Shown: positions 40,148 to 51,770, counted from the first letter of the stretch. The stretch: 64,000 bases of DNA from an uncultured virus (IMG/VR IMGVR_UViG_3300025922_000001) (IMGVR_UViG_3300025922_000001), one strand, 5' to 3'. Numbers and translations are program-made. The notes: generated from the letters alone by a model not told the origin.

Positions 40148-40208
40148 GACGAAACTACACCACCGTGAGGTGACGTAGTCCGTGCGTAACGCGCACGCTG
40201 ATGAGTCC
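40147..40208 (+). ncRNA. hammerhead ribozyme 5 (type II), cleavage after C40180
   Basis: GGAC-GAAA-CTAC...GTAG-TC / CGTGCG-taacg-CGCACG / CTGATGA-GTCC. Confidence 0.92.
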
Positions 40209-40227
40209 AGGAATTTAGGAGAGCACG

Positions 40228-40362
40228 ATGCTGAGCAAGATCATCGAACTGATCCTCCGCCCCGTCGCACCGGGCAACAGTGGTGAGCGTCGCTGCCCCG
40301 AGTGTAGCGGCGTGAACGGGAACCACAAGGACGACTGCTCGTTCAACCCGAAGAACTGGTGA
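40228..40362 (+). CDS. 44-aa Cys/His peptide
   Basis: TTTAGGAGAGC RBS; CPEC.....H...C. Confidence 0.65.
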   Translation: MLSKIIELILRPVAPGNSGERRCPECSGVNGNHKDDCSFNPKNW

Positions 40363-40378
40363 CGTAGATCCACGCGTG

Positions 40379-40417
40379 AAGGCCTCGGTCCTCCTTCCCG
40401 GAGGGCCGGGGCCTTTG
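40379..40417 (+). terminator. intrinsic terminator
   Basis: AAGGCCTCGGTCCTCC-ttccc-GGAGGGCCGGGGCCTTTG. Confidence 0.65.
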
Positions 40418-40433
40418 TGATATAGTCGACCGC

Positions 40434-41024
40434 GTGGGAACAAACGGGTATCAGCGAGCGACTGACGTCTCGTACGGATCAGATAGTGTCATCCTTGAGG
40501 TCGGTGTTGAACGCGACTCGGTGGGAGATGGCTCCACAACGTTTCTCTCGCGGGTAGGTCCGCCGGTGCACGTCATCGACGTGGAGCCGACACAGGTGGA
40601 GCGTGCGAGACAGATTCCTAACGTGACAGCATATCTTGGTGGTGCTGAGCATGTGCTTGAATACTGGGAACTGCCCATCGGCTTTGCATGGCTTGACGGG
40701 CATGACTGGCCTTACGAGCACGCAACCGAGGGCATGTGGGACGCCCAGGAGCGAGAGTATCTCGCACGTGGGCAGGCGTATTCGCGTGAAGCAAGCCGCG
40801 CATCGCATCTCACCATTGCGAAGCTTGTCGAGCCGTGGATCATCCCAGGTGGCATCATCGCATGTGATGACACGTGGGTGCTGCCATCGGTGCTTGACCC
40901 CACCCCCGGACCTGGGTGGAATGGCAAGTGTGGTGCTGCTGTGCCTTACCTGCTCGATCACGGGTTCAAGATTCTTGAGCAGGGTGACATCTACTTCGGA
41001 CGTGTCATTCTTCAACGAGAGTAA
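40434..41024 (+). CDS. class I SAM-dependent methyltransferase-like protein
   Basis: VILEVG, VIDVE, FAWLDG, PGGIIACDD, GK. Confidence 0.6.
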   Translation: MGTNGYQRATDVSYGSDSVILEVGVERDSVGDGSTTFLSRVGPPVHVIDVEPTQVERARQIPNVTAYLGGAEHVLEYWELPIGFAWLDGHDWPYEHATEGMWDAQEREYLARGQAYSREASRASHLTIAKLVEPWIIPGGIIACDDTWVLPSVLDPTPGPGWNGKCGAAVPYLLDHGFKILEQGDIYFGRVILQRE

Positions 41025-42064
41025 GGATGCATGATGGAAGATCAGTGCAACGACGCAACATGCGACATTCGTGGTGAGCACCCGGTGCACACACCTGAGA
41101 CTCGCTCCACGTCATGGTACAACAACCCAGCGCGCTTCTTTAAGCGCATGCCAGGTGGTGGTACCGTGTATGTACAGCTAACCTAGACAACCAGACCCGT
41201 GTGTGGTATGATTGTCTTGAGCGACCCGGTGTCCCCTCTGGACCGCCACGGGCCCGGGTCCCCGAACTTGCGGAACCTAGGAGAGCGTGATGGCGTATTT
41301 TGTGTATAAGCGTAGTGATGGCTACGTAGGCGTGGTCAATTCGAGCGAGCAGCTCGCGCCGGATGAAAAGCCTAAGCGTTTGCGCAATCGCACGATCGAG
41401 GATATTCACATCACGTTTACGGTGCTGCTTCAGACTGACGATTGGGATGAGGCAGTCCTGCTTCTTCAACACGAGCGTGGTGTCATCGACGTCATCGTCG
41501 ATACGAAGCCGCCGGCTGACCCGGATGAAGTGAGGCGACGTACGATTGATGACATTGCCGTTCGACTCGCCGCAATCGAGCGTGTGTTGATGCAGCTTGA
41601 CGCAGAGATCTCGGAGTGCCACGGGTATGCGAGTCCGGCGCAGCTGATGGTTGAGTTGGCTGGCGACTGCGTGAAGAAGGCCATGCGAGCGAATGGGAAG
41701 GAGAGTAAGTGATGGACGAGCTGATCAGCGAATTCGCTGCGAAGCTGCGCGAGATCTACAAGAAGCAGACCGCGGGTGACTTCACATTTGAGGGTGTGCT
41801 CGCTGAATTCGCACGACGAGAGTCAGAACTCGTCATCGCTGAGCGAATCAAGAACTTGGAGAAAGCGCACTGATGCGCAAGGCTTTCGTTATCATTGCAC
41901 TCGCACTTGCGTTGTGCGCGTGCGAACGTCCGGTGAAAACTCCTACGCCTAAGCCAAGTGTCGTCATCGTTCCTACCGAAGTCGACACGCGGTGTGAGGA
42001 AGATGAACCATGCTGGGTGTGTTCGGCAGCCGACGATCGCTGCACATCACGTAGCTTCTGACAC

Positions 42065-42101
42065 GTTTACTTTGATCACGCAACCTGATACTGTGGTCTT
42101 A
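42065..42101 (+). promoter_or_regulatory. repeated early-type promoter
   Basis: GTTTACT...TGA-TACTGT-gGTCTTA. Confidence 0.7.
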
Positions 42102-43584
42102 TCACCGAACGACACGAGCACTAGGAGAGCATGATGCAGGCACTCACCCTGGACGTTTGCTTCGGGCCCGAGGAAGAGGTGACCGACGTGGTTGACGCGC
42201 TGGTACACGAGACTGATGTGACGGCCGACTTCACGGGCGTTCACGTGGCCGGTGGCTGGCCCGAGATCAAGTTCACCGGCACGCAGGAGGACCTGATCAT
42301 CGTGGCCAACCGCTACGCTCTCGACACGGGTGACGCGAACGAAATCATCACGCGCATCACGTCGGCCTAGCGCGCAACACGCTCCCCTCGCCGTCACGCA
42401 TTCGTGCGTGGCGGCTTGTGGGAGTAGAAGGACTTTCGTTCGTGACTTAGGAGAGCAACATGTCCACGTACCGGTATAACGTCACGTTCCGCAAGGACAC
42501 CAACCCGGCGTTCGAAACGCTTGTGCCGACTGACCACCCGGCAAACCCGGCCGACATCGATGAGCATGCCAACGCGATCGTTGATTTTGCGCGTGCGCTC
42601 GTCGCGGCGAACCAGCCAGAGATCAAGCTTGACGGGTACTCGGCGTACTGCATCACGCGCAATGGAAGGACGATTTGGAGGTTCTGGTGAAGAACACGTC
42701 CCCGTACGTTCTCGTGTTTGAGAACGACTACAGCAACATCTTCTCATTGGTGATGAAGGTCGACTTCGAGAAGATGCCGTGGGACATCGACGACGGGTTT
42801 ACTGCGTTCGTCGCGTACGCGTACGACCGTGCCGCCGACATGAATATTGACCTGAGTGACTACACGCTCAAGAGCATCGCATACGGCGGGATGGTCATCA
42901 TTTCGTTCGACTAGATCACGCTTTCCTGATACAATAGTCTTAACACAACGACTTGATCGTTAGGAGAGCACGATGAACACGTACACGCTTGTTTGGCGTC
43001 ACGACTTCATTTCCGCGGTACGCATCACGGTTGACATCGACTCGGATGATGTTCCTTTGGCCGTCATGTTGGATGCGACTACCATCATGAGCGAGGCCGA
43101 CGATTTCATCTTCGGTTCCGAGCTTGATATGCGCGATTACACGCTCGTGGAGATCAAGTTTGGCGGCCTGCCCATCAAGCAATTCGCGTGATTTCACGAT
43201 GATGGGGTGCGCCTGTTGCACCCCATCATTTAGTGTGATACAATAAACATATCAACACGAATACCACAGGAACCCAGGAGAGCATCATGCCGAAGGCGCC
43301 CGTTACCCACTTCATCGTTTCGTTCGTTCGCCAGAACGACATCAACACGCTCATCACGCTTCCCGTCGCGTACGAATGCGAGTGGACCGAGACCGAAGAG
43401 TACGCGGAGATCATCATCGAGTGTGCGTACGCGGTTGCCGCGACGCGTGGGACCGATCTCGACAAGCACGAAGCATTCATGATCTCGCACGAGCACGGTG
43501 ACTTTCGCTTCAGCCGTTGAGTGAGGGTGGCTGATGTCGCTCTCATCACCGAATGAAATGCCCGTGGTAGGATACTCGTTAACT

Positions 43585-43639
43585 GGTCGAAACGCCTGCG
43601 TGCGGGCGTCGCCGGGAAAGAGACCGGCCCGAAGAGACC
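43585..43639 (+). ncRNA. variant hammerhead ribozyme (core CCGAAGA, U4C), putative cleavage after C43610
   Basis: GGTC-GAAA-CGCC...GGCG-TC / GCCGG-gaaagaga-CCGGC / CCGAAGA-GACC; precedes AGGAGAGC RBS. Confidence 0.7.
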
Positions 43640-44679
43640 CCTAGGAATCGAGGAGAGCGTGTTCGAACGAAAGGTCAATGTCCGGCAGCGTGAACTGGCT
43701 AAGAGCATGGTCGTGAAGCACGATGGTGCGTGGGTTCGCATCGAGCACATCGACCCGGTGATGCCAGGCTCAAATCAGCGCAAGGCCACGTGCACGTTAC
43801 GGCATCAGATGCGCTCGGGCGCATTCACCGCGTGGTTCGTCGAGGGCGAGCACAAGGTGGTGGCAAGCACTCTCCCACTGGACTTCGCGATCAAGCCAAG
43901 CCCGGTACCGGTCAAGCACGAACAGGTCCAGAGAGGAGTGCACAACGTCGTCAACGGCGAGGTGAACGGCCCGCTGATTCAGGCAGGCTCCATCGACGGG
44001 CAAACTGTCACCGACTTCTTCAAAGATAAGTGAGGTACACGCTGTGAAGAGGGTTCTTTTCATCGTCTGCTGCGTCGTGGGCGGGCTCTTCTTGATCGAG
44101 ATCGCGATTCCCGGACACTTCGCACTGCTCGAAGCGTACTTCACCGGCGTCGGTAACCTCATCGGTGTTCGCGTCGGCAGCTAGGTACCCCAGCACCTCC
44201 TCCTGATTGCCTCGCCCGAAGCAGCGGCAACTGCTTCGGCCGGGGCTTTAGGCGGTTGAGAGGAGGTCTCAGATGCCCGCTCAGGGGAGACTGAAGCCGG
44301 TTTGGAGATGGTTGGCAGTTCGACTAGCCGACCTGGAGGTGCAGCGAATCAAGATTGACCTTGGCTTGAACACGACCATGTGGGACGCCGAGATTCCGCC
44401 GAGAATCGTCGCCGACGCGCAGGAGCAGTGGGAGGCAGTCCGTGATTTGCCCTGATCATGATCGTCGAGCAGCGATGAGTGACGAAGAGTTTTGGGATGA
44501 GGTGCTTGACGTTTCGCTTGAGTTTGAAGGGCCGATGATCGAGCCCGAAGACGAGATCGTTGAAAAGCTTTCACTCACGGGCTCATCATGCGTTCAGTGC
44601 GGCTCCACTGGACCCTGCGCATACGACGCTGAGGGACGTCCCCTCATTCACGCAGATTCACAGGAAGTAGGATAGTAGG

Positions 44680-45147
44680 ATGGGATACTATGGGCGTAGC
44701 CCTGGCTTAAGCGTTGGCGAAGCTGCGGCGGTTTCTGTCCTAGGACTAGGCGCACTTGCGGTCGTCATAGGCATCATCGCTGTTGCCACAGGTGAAGTTG
44801 CTGGCGATGAAGCTGACGCACTCGCTGTATGCACGAGTCCAGATGGTTTCACGCGTGTCGACGATTCACAGTGTGGTGATTACGGTGATGATGGCGGGAT
44901 TATCTACGCCGGTGGCTACCACTACATGGTCTTTGACACGCGCACGTATCGTGGTGACATTCCCGCGGTGGGGCAGAAGATGCCCGTAGGAAATCCCGCC
45001 GGGTATGTTCGTACGTATAGGGTCGCTGACACAGGCAAGACGGTAGGGACGAAGGTGCCTGCCACGGGTGGCAAGACGAGCACGATTTCGCGCGGCGGGT
45101 TTGGCGTGAAGGCCGGCGCAAGCGCTGGAACGAGCGGAGGATCATGA
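44680..45147 (+). CDS. membrane-anchored protein with DUF1190-like RGGFG tail
   Basis: N-terminal TM, C....RVDD..C, TISRGGFG...GGS. Confidence 0.6.
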   Translation: MGYYGRSPGLSVGEAAAVSVLGLGALAVVIGIIAVATGEVAGDEADALAVCTSPDGFTRVDDSQCGDYGDDGGIIYAGGYHYMVFDTRTYRGDIPAVGQKMPVGNPAGYVRTYRVADTGKTVGTKVPATGGKTSTISRGGFGVKAGASAGTSGGS

Positions 45148-45830
45148 CTGACGAGTTTGAAATCGAGCTTGGTGACAACATGAAGTGGCATGATTTTAAT
45201 ATTCCCGACGACTACGTCCTCCCACCGCGCGAGTGTTGCGGTACTGCTGACGACGCGAGCATCGACATCGCAGTTGATTGCGAGAAGGGCAACTGCACCT
45301 GGCTGTACTGCCGCTGTGGCCGCTCTACGCAGTCCGGCTACGGTACCTTCGGTTGTCCCTGCGTGGAGAACGCGAGTGGACACTGGCGAGTGTCTGAGCG
45401 TAAGATGATTTCCGTCAAAAAGGTTGCACTGTCAACCACCAAGAAGCGAGCGAGGCAGGGACGTGGCTGACGAAGAACACACAGGCATTAACTTCTTCAT
45501 TCAAGCCGCGGCAGCGATGCGTGAACTACCGGGCGCTGACGCTACGTCAGAGTATGTCGTGTACTCGAAGACAGACGCTAAGGTCACGGCGGCAATCGTG
45601 GAGGCATCACCTGAGCCGATCAAGGCGACGAATTACTTTGAGCAGGCGGAAGCCGCGGCCCCTCTCTTCGCTGAGATGTGTAAGCGAGCGAAGATTGCCG
45701 ATCACGACGGTTACCTCACGCTTGAGCTGGAGACTGACGATTCACCCGAGGGTAAGTTCATCACTTTCGTTGAGGCGGGAGATGATCTCTACACGCTTCT
45801 TGGTGAAGTGGCTGCCCAGTGGGGTGAGGG

Positions 45831-46139
45831 TTGATGGCACGCAAACTGACGAGCACCGAGCGCGATGCGCTTCACGCGCCTGCCGCTCGACCACAAAGTT
45901 GGAGCGGACCCAGGCACAACCCAAAACCAGCGACACCGACTGACGAACTCACACTCATCGAGACCGTCATTCTTCGCCGTGTTGCCACAGGTGAAAAGAC
46001 GGGCGCGATAGGCGCAGCGCTTAGCATGTCAAGGCAGACGGTCTACACGCACATCGTACGTGCGATGGCGCGGTTTGGCGTTGAAACGCGTGAGGAACTT
46101 CTGGACCTTCCTCGCGTGCAGGAATTGCTGGAGCAGTGA
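45831..46139 (+). CDS. LuxR-type HTH protein
   Basis: LTLIETVILRRVATGEKTGAIGAALSMSRQTVYTHI...FGV.TR. Confidence 0.8.
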   Translation: MMARKLTSTERDALHAPAARPQSWSGPRHNPKPATPTDELTLIETVILRRVATGEKTGAIGAALSMSRQTVYTHIVRAMARFGVETREELLDLPRVQELLEQ

Positions 46140-46423
46140 ATAGGCGGAGAGAGTACAACGGTCTTCGTCAGCCACAGCCATGGCATAATCCCAGGGCTAT
46201 CGCGAAGCGGGCACGTGGCAACGCTCTCACCTTTCACCAGATCGTTATTCTTCGACGTCTTCGCGCCGGTGAAACTCAGGCAAGCATCGCGCGTGCACTT
46301 AATTACGCGTCGGGCGTGGTGAACAAGCATCTCAGAATGGCGATGGAACTTCACCCAGAGTGCACGACATATGAGGAGCTGTGGAACCTGCCTGAAATTC
46401 GAGCCCAGCTGGACGGTGAATGA
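46136..46423 (+). CDS. LuxR-type HTH protein (tandem paralogue)
   Basis: LTFHQIVILRRLRAGETQASIARALNYASGVVNKHL; shares Q.W..P, LP.....L with neighbour. Confidence 0.75.
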   Translation: MNRRREYNGLRQPQPWHNPRAIAKRARGNALTFHQIVILRRLRAGETQASIARALNYASGVVNKHLRMAMELHPECTTYEELWNLPEIRAQLDGE

Positions 46424-48808
46424 TACCCGTGATTAGTTGCTACTTGTGAGGTGATGTGGTAAAGTCTTCATTACCAACCCGTAAAGATTAATAGGAGAGC
46501 ATCATGAGCCGCCACCGTTCGCACGTCGTCCGGCCGATTCGGCCTGTGACCGTCGTCAACGCCATCATCACATCCGCATTCGCCGGTGTCGTTCTCGGTG
46601 TCGTCAAGCCCCTGGGTCCGCTCTTCGCTTACATGATGGGAATGTGATATGGACGATCTCCCGGAGATTATAGCGCTTGACGCCGAGCAGGCGAAGGAGC
46701 TGCTGTGTCTCTTTCGAAAGCAGGTGATGGCACGCGACTGGTTTCACCTGATGACAGATGAACAGCTGAAGACGGCTTGTCACGAGCGCATGTTGCGGAC
46801 GGTAGGAGATCGTGCGACGGTGATTGCACGACTGGACCGTCACGTCGCGCGTGGTGGCGGAGTTATCCCGGGGAGGATCGCATGAATTTCATGGAATGGC
46901 TTCACGCGCAGGAGAATGTCAACGACGAGCTCGTCAATGAGATTCTTGACTATGAATCGAGCATCGACAGCGAGTATGGTTGCGTGCATAGCACCAGCGA
47001 GATCGCTGTTGGTATGTGTCGCAGGGTTCAGCCGCACGACATTCGCGCTCTGCAAATCATCGCAGAGCAGGCAGGATGGCCGAAGGAATGGAAGTTTTCT
47101 CGTTCGACGTGACGGACGTGTACGACAGGATCTGAGGAGAGATAGTCATATGACAAACGAGATGCATCCGCGTGCTAAAATTGTGAATGAGGCACGTCGC
47201 GCGCTTGATGTTGCGCTTGGGGCGTGGTTCAAGAAGCATGACTTGACAACCGCTGAAGAAGTCATGATTCTTACGGCCACATTCAACGGCATCATTGTTG
47301 GCGCGATGCGTCGCGCTGTGAAGGAGGAACGTGAGGTAGGCAACGATGCCTCACCTGACTTCCCACCGTGAACTGATTTCCTGGGGGTTTCGTGCTGACA
47401 CGACTGTGCCGCTGGCAGCGTCGACATAGCTCACTTGTGACGGGTCTGCTGATGACGTTCCTCTGGACCTGCCTAGGAATTGCGTCGGCATCCGTCATGG
47501 TGAAGATCGGGTTGTTTCCCGTCGCGCTGTGGAAGCTGTTCGACACGCTTAACACGTACCACATGAAATTGACGAGTGCGAAGGAGGAAACACCGCACAT
47601 CGGAGGAGGCATTAATTCGTCAGTTGCCTCATTGGACAAAGAACATGCACATGCCTGAAGGAGAAAAGTGTCTCAGCATATTGAAGAATCATCACACTAC
47701 GTTGCTCGCATCGTCGTTGAGCGTGTTGATCACAAGTTGATCGAGACTTACGGTGGAGTCGGCAACTCGAAGATCAAGGAGCCAAAGCGCACCGTCACCG
47801 AGCTGACGGCACTGACGCTCAAGTCGGACGAGCTCGATGCACTCGTTGAGCGCGTGGGTAGGCATCTTGCTCTCGTGGAAGACATCGAGAGCGTCGACCC
47901 AGTGAAGCCGAGGGGTACGAGGTCCAGTGAGTAGGACAAAGCGCACAGCAGAAAACACCGTCGTCATGCAAGAGTTTGATCAGGTGATGATGTGCCACCC
48001 GAACCCAGATAAGGTGTGTCTCGCTGGTGGGTGTATTCACTGCGAAGACAGTGCTACGTGGTGGACCGTTGATGCGATTCGTGCGTACGCTGTGACGAAA
48101 GATCAAGCGTACTGGGAAGAGTATCTTTTCGGATACCAGCACTGGTGGTGGAACTTGCCCAAGAAGATGGGCGACACCGGTGAACCGTTCTTTGGTGCGG
48201 GTAATGGCTGACATCACGCATGAAGACCTCGTCATTGCATTGTGCGTCTCGCATGATGCGGTGACGAGGGCGCAGAAGTTGGCGTGTCGTACATGTAGTA
48301 GGCGTGCGCATCTCGTTCTTGAGCTCGAACCTGAGCACCGCGTCTCACCTGTGCTGAGGACCGTCTTCAATACCGATCATGGTCATGCGAATCAGCGTGG
48401 CAACTCGCGTTGTCTTTCGTGTAGCTTTAACGTTGCTCGCGCACTTGATGCAATCGAGCGTAAGAGATTGGGTTAATATGCGCACCATTCAAGAAGTCAT
48501 CAATTCGCTCAACGCACTCAATGCAGATGGCATTCACGACTTGCTCGCCGAGAAAGGCATCAGGGGTCGACGACACATCACGACCGACTGTCCCATCGCG
48601 AACTACGTGCGGACTGAGACGGATATATTCGTCCAGGTGGGTGCCTACACGCTCAATGATCTCTCATGCGTACCCGTCACACCACGCACATACGATCTTG
48701 GCAACTCCATCACTGACTTCATCGTGGCATTCGATGAAGAGCAGTACCCGGACCTCATTCGCTCATGAGCCTATTTGCATAAGTCCCGTCGCCTGTTAGG
48801 ATAAGACT

Positions 48809-49168
48809 ATGAACGCGACCACGCTCGAAGCTCCCGCCCTCGCTCCCATCCCGTGTCTTGAGTGTGGGCGGATGCTTCGCTCCGTCAAGTCCATCAAGCG
48901 TGGTCGCGGCGCGGCCTGCCAGACGAAGGTCAACAAGGCAGCGAAGACCGTCGACTTGAGTGACTTCAAGCCGGCCCAGGTCCGGTCAGCGCTGGACCTG
49001 ATCGAGGACGCGGCGATCGTGAAGGTTCGCCCGAACGTGTTCCGTTCGGTTTCGACCGATGGCACTGCTGAATACCTCACGCACCCGGCGGCGTGCAACT
49101 GCCCCGCCGGACTCAAGTCCCGCAACTGCTACCACCGCGCCGCTGCGCTCATCCTGCTCGCGGCCTAG
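48809..49168 (+). CDS. DUF6011-like plus SWIM Zn-finger protein, probably leaderless
   Basis: C..CGR.L....S..RG.G..C and CNCPAG....CYH; ATG lies just after promoter -10 TAGGAT. Confidence 0.75.
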   Translation: MNATTLEAPALAPIPCLECGRMLRSVKSIKRGRGAACQTKVNKAAKTVDLSDFKPAQVRSALDLIEDAAIVKVRPNVFRSVSTDGTAEYLTHPAACNCPAGLKSRNCYHRAAALILLAA

Positions 49169-50510
49169 GAAACGAGGAGAGAAATGGCTCACCTGAAGTG
49201 CACGCACGAGCGACGTGTGGTTGTCGTTCGTGACATCGAGAAGAATGCCGTGATTCGTCACCGTGGTGACGGCAGCAAGTGCAATGCGCGATACGTCGCG
49301 ATTGGCACTGTCGTGTTCGAGCCGACTGTGCACGGCGTAGCAGTCACGGCAGACACATCGCAGGACAAGATGTTCGGGCCGCTTGGTCAGTCGGTCAACA
49401 TCGGTGAGTTTGGCGAAGTCGCCACGCGTGCCGTCAAGGCGCGGCGCAAGGTCAAGAAGACGCGCGCACAGGAGCTGGCCGACTACGCGCAGAAGGTCGT
49501 CAACGCCGCTGACCGCCGGGCACGTAAGCGAGAGCGCTCGAAGAAGTGATCGCGTTCATCGCACAGGGCCAACAGCCGACCGCACTGAATGGGATCGGTT
49601 CTTTCGTTCTCATCCTCGCCGCGCTTCTCGTCGTCGCGGCGCTCGTGGGGAAGAAGAAATGAACACGGTCATCGAGGACAGCCAGAGCTCTCCGGCATCA
49701 CAAGGGCTTGGCGTTGTCATTATCGTCGTCATCATCCTCGTGATCTTCAAGCTTTTCGACAAGAACGGATGGAAATGAGCTCTTTCGAGTATCACCCCAC
49801 AACGTGGCCTGACGTGGCGTTCTTCGTTGTCATCGGCCTCACGATTTTCGGTGTCGTGTGGGCGCGCAACCGGAGGCGGCCGTGAACGACCAGCACATGT
49901 ACGATCTCTCCACACCCACGCATCCGGACCACCTCGCTGACATCACCGCGGGATTGCGTCGGCCGGCGCGACGAAACCAGCACGGCCCCACGTCGGATGA
50001 TTTCATTGCTCACACGTTCGATGAAGTCAATCATGATGCCTGGGAGGGCGAGGGTGGCGCGGTGATCGACTCATGATCTTATCTCAGGTGTTGTTCGAGT
50101 GGGGAAACGAGCAAAAGGGCGGGATCGTCGTCATCGTGTTGGTGGTGGCCGCGCTCATCGCCCTTGGAACGTCGAAGAAAAAGTGACGCATAGGTGGTGA
50201 TCGAACGTGAACGAACCGTGGATGATTCTTGAGCCCGATGCCGAGGGAAACTACACAAGTGCGCTCCTCGTTGTGGAGCGTAGCGAGTACGTGAAGTATC
50301 TTCGTGGCGAACAAGCATCATTCACGAAGCGCACGTTCACGTCAAGAGAAGACGCCGAAGAGAACTGCCGTTACCGCAACCGCGGGTGGCGCTGAGTACC
50401 CTCTGGACCGCTCAGTCTCTTACGGGAGCCCGAGCGGTCCAGGGGTTGTAGTTGCTGGTGGTCAGCCAGATGTGACTGTCCGAGGATGTCTGAAGTCATG
50501 GGACTTGCTT

Positions 50511-50548
50511 GTTTGCATTAGTCACAGTAGCCTGATACTGTAGTCTTA
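50511..50548 (+). promoter_or_regulatory. repeated early-type promoter heading the second hammerhead-rich transcript
   Basis: GTTTGCA...TGA-TACTGT-AGTCTTA. Confidence 0.75.
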
Positions 50549-50869
50549 CAAGCAAAGCAGCAAAACGAAAACAGGAGAGCATCATGGACATCGCAACCCG
50601 TAACGACGCTCGGACGCTCGCGCAATTCGCTGCGATGGATCGCATCCCGGCTGCCACGCTTAAGCAGGCGACCGAGTTCGGGATTCACACTGTGAGCCGT
50701 GATGAAGAGATGTACGAGCAGGTCGCGGGTATGTTCACCGCGATCAAGCAGTTGGCTGCGGTAAGCGGCACGAGCGCCCGGGAAATTGGCCAGGTGGTCA
50801 ACACGGAGCTGATGAAGCGCTACGCGGCCGAGCTTGCGTCGATGGGCATTACGGTTTGATGGCTGTGCA

Positions 50870-50919
50870 GGGCGAAACGCCGTGAGGCGTCCAGCGGTTA
50901 GGCCGCTGCTGATGAGCCC
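50870..50919 (+). ncRNA. hammerhead ribozyme 6 (type II), cleavage after C50891
   Basis: GGGC-GAAA-CGCC-gtga-GGCG-TC / CAGCGG-ttagg-CCGCTG / CTGATGA-GCCC. Confidence 0.92.
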
Positions 50920-51129
50920 ACGTGAGGAGAATATCATGGGGATGATGGCAAGCGAGCGCAACCGAGGCGTTCTCAACAAGGACAACCCGTGGGACGACGA
51001 CGGCTTCTCGAGCTACCGTCGCTTCAAGAAGCGCGGTGGTTCTGGCTTGAGTGGTAAGCGTCCCCTCCGACGCGCCATTCGCGCGAAGGAGAAGACGCTC
51101 TGGTTCCGGGACGAGTGAGATTACTTATA

Positions 51130-51167
51130 GGGCGAAACACCATGAGGTGTCCGCTGCTAACGAGCCT
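51130..51167 (+). ncRNA. degenerate hammerhead (G5A core, stem I collapsed)
   Basis: GGGC-GAAA-CACC-atga-GGTG-TC / cgctg / CTAACGA-GCCT. Confidence 0.65.
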
Positions 51168-51182
51168 GGGAAGTAGGAGAGC

Positions 51183-51665
51183 ATGAAGAACGATGTGCAC
51201 GTGCGGGCCGTTGACCCGCGACGCACCGAAATCAGCTGTGGTGACTGGAAAGCCATCATCGTCAAGCGAGTGCATGACACTGATCGTCACTGGAACTCGA
51301 TGACTCGAGTATATGGTGCCATCGCTACGTTCGCACCTGATCTCGAAGAAAAGATCTACGAGAACGCATGTAAGCCTGCGTGGGGCGACGGTGACGGCTT
51401 CACCGAAGACGAGCGCGACGCGCACATGAAGGCATACCGAGCGCTCAAGGCGAAGGCGCTGAAGGACGTGAAGTTGGCGCTCATCGAGCCGATCGCACTC
51501 CTTCACGCGTACGGGCTTGGCCGACTTGGCATCGACCCGCCAACCATGCACTTCTCGTCGAAGGCCGGCTGCTCGATGTGCGCGTGTAGCCCCGGCCACA
51601 TCTTGAGCACTCGCTGGACCCTCGTCGGTTCGCCTGTGGATGTCTGGTTTGAACTGATCAAGTGA
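51183..51665 (+). CDS. hypothetical phage protein
   Basis: AGGAGAGC RBS; FS.KAGCSMCACSPG motif. Confidence 0.7.
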   Translation: MKNDVHVRAVDPRRTEISCGDWKAIIVKRVHDTDRHWNSMTRVYGAIATFAPDLEEKIYENACKPAWGDGDGFTEDERDAHMKAYRALKAKALKDVKLALIEPIALLHAYGLGRLGIDPPTMHFSSKAGCSMCACSPGHILSTRWTLVGSPVDVWFELIK

Positions 51666-51770
51666 ACACTAGGAGAGCACAATGATTCATGGTGGATGTG
51701 GTTGTGAATGCTGTAGTGGCGGCTTCTGTGGTGGCTGCGGTCACGCGGGATGTGGTGGTCGATAACTGAA

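Noticed and set aside
38427..40208. Repeated GCTGATGAGTCC...AGGAGAGC as a CRISPR array or integron attC cassettes
   Set aside because: Spacing is irregular, the intervals are ORFs, no cas or integrase gene is present, and the repeats are fully explained by the hammerhead core plus RBS
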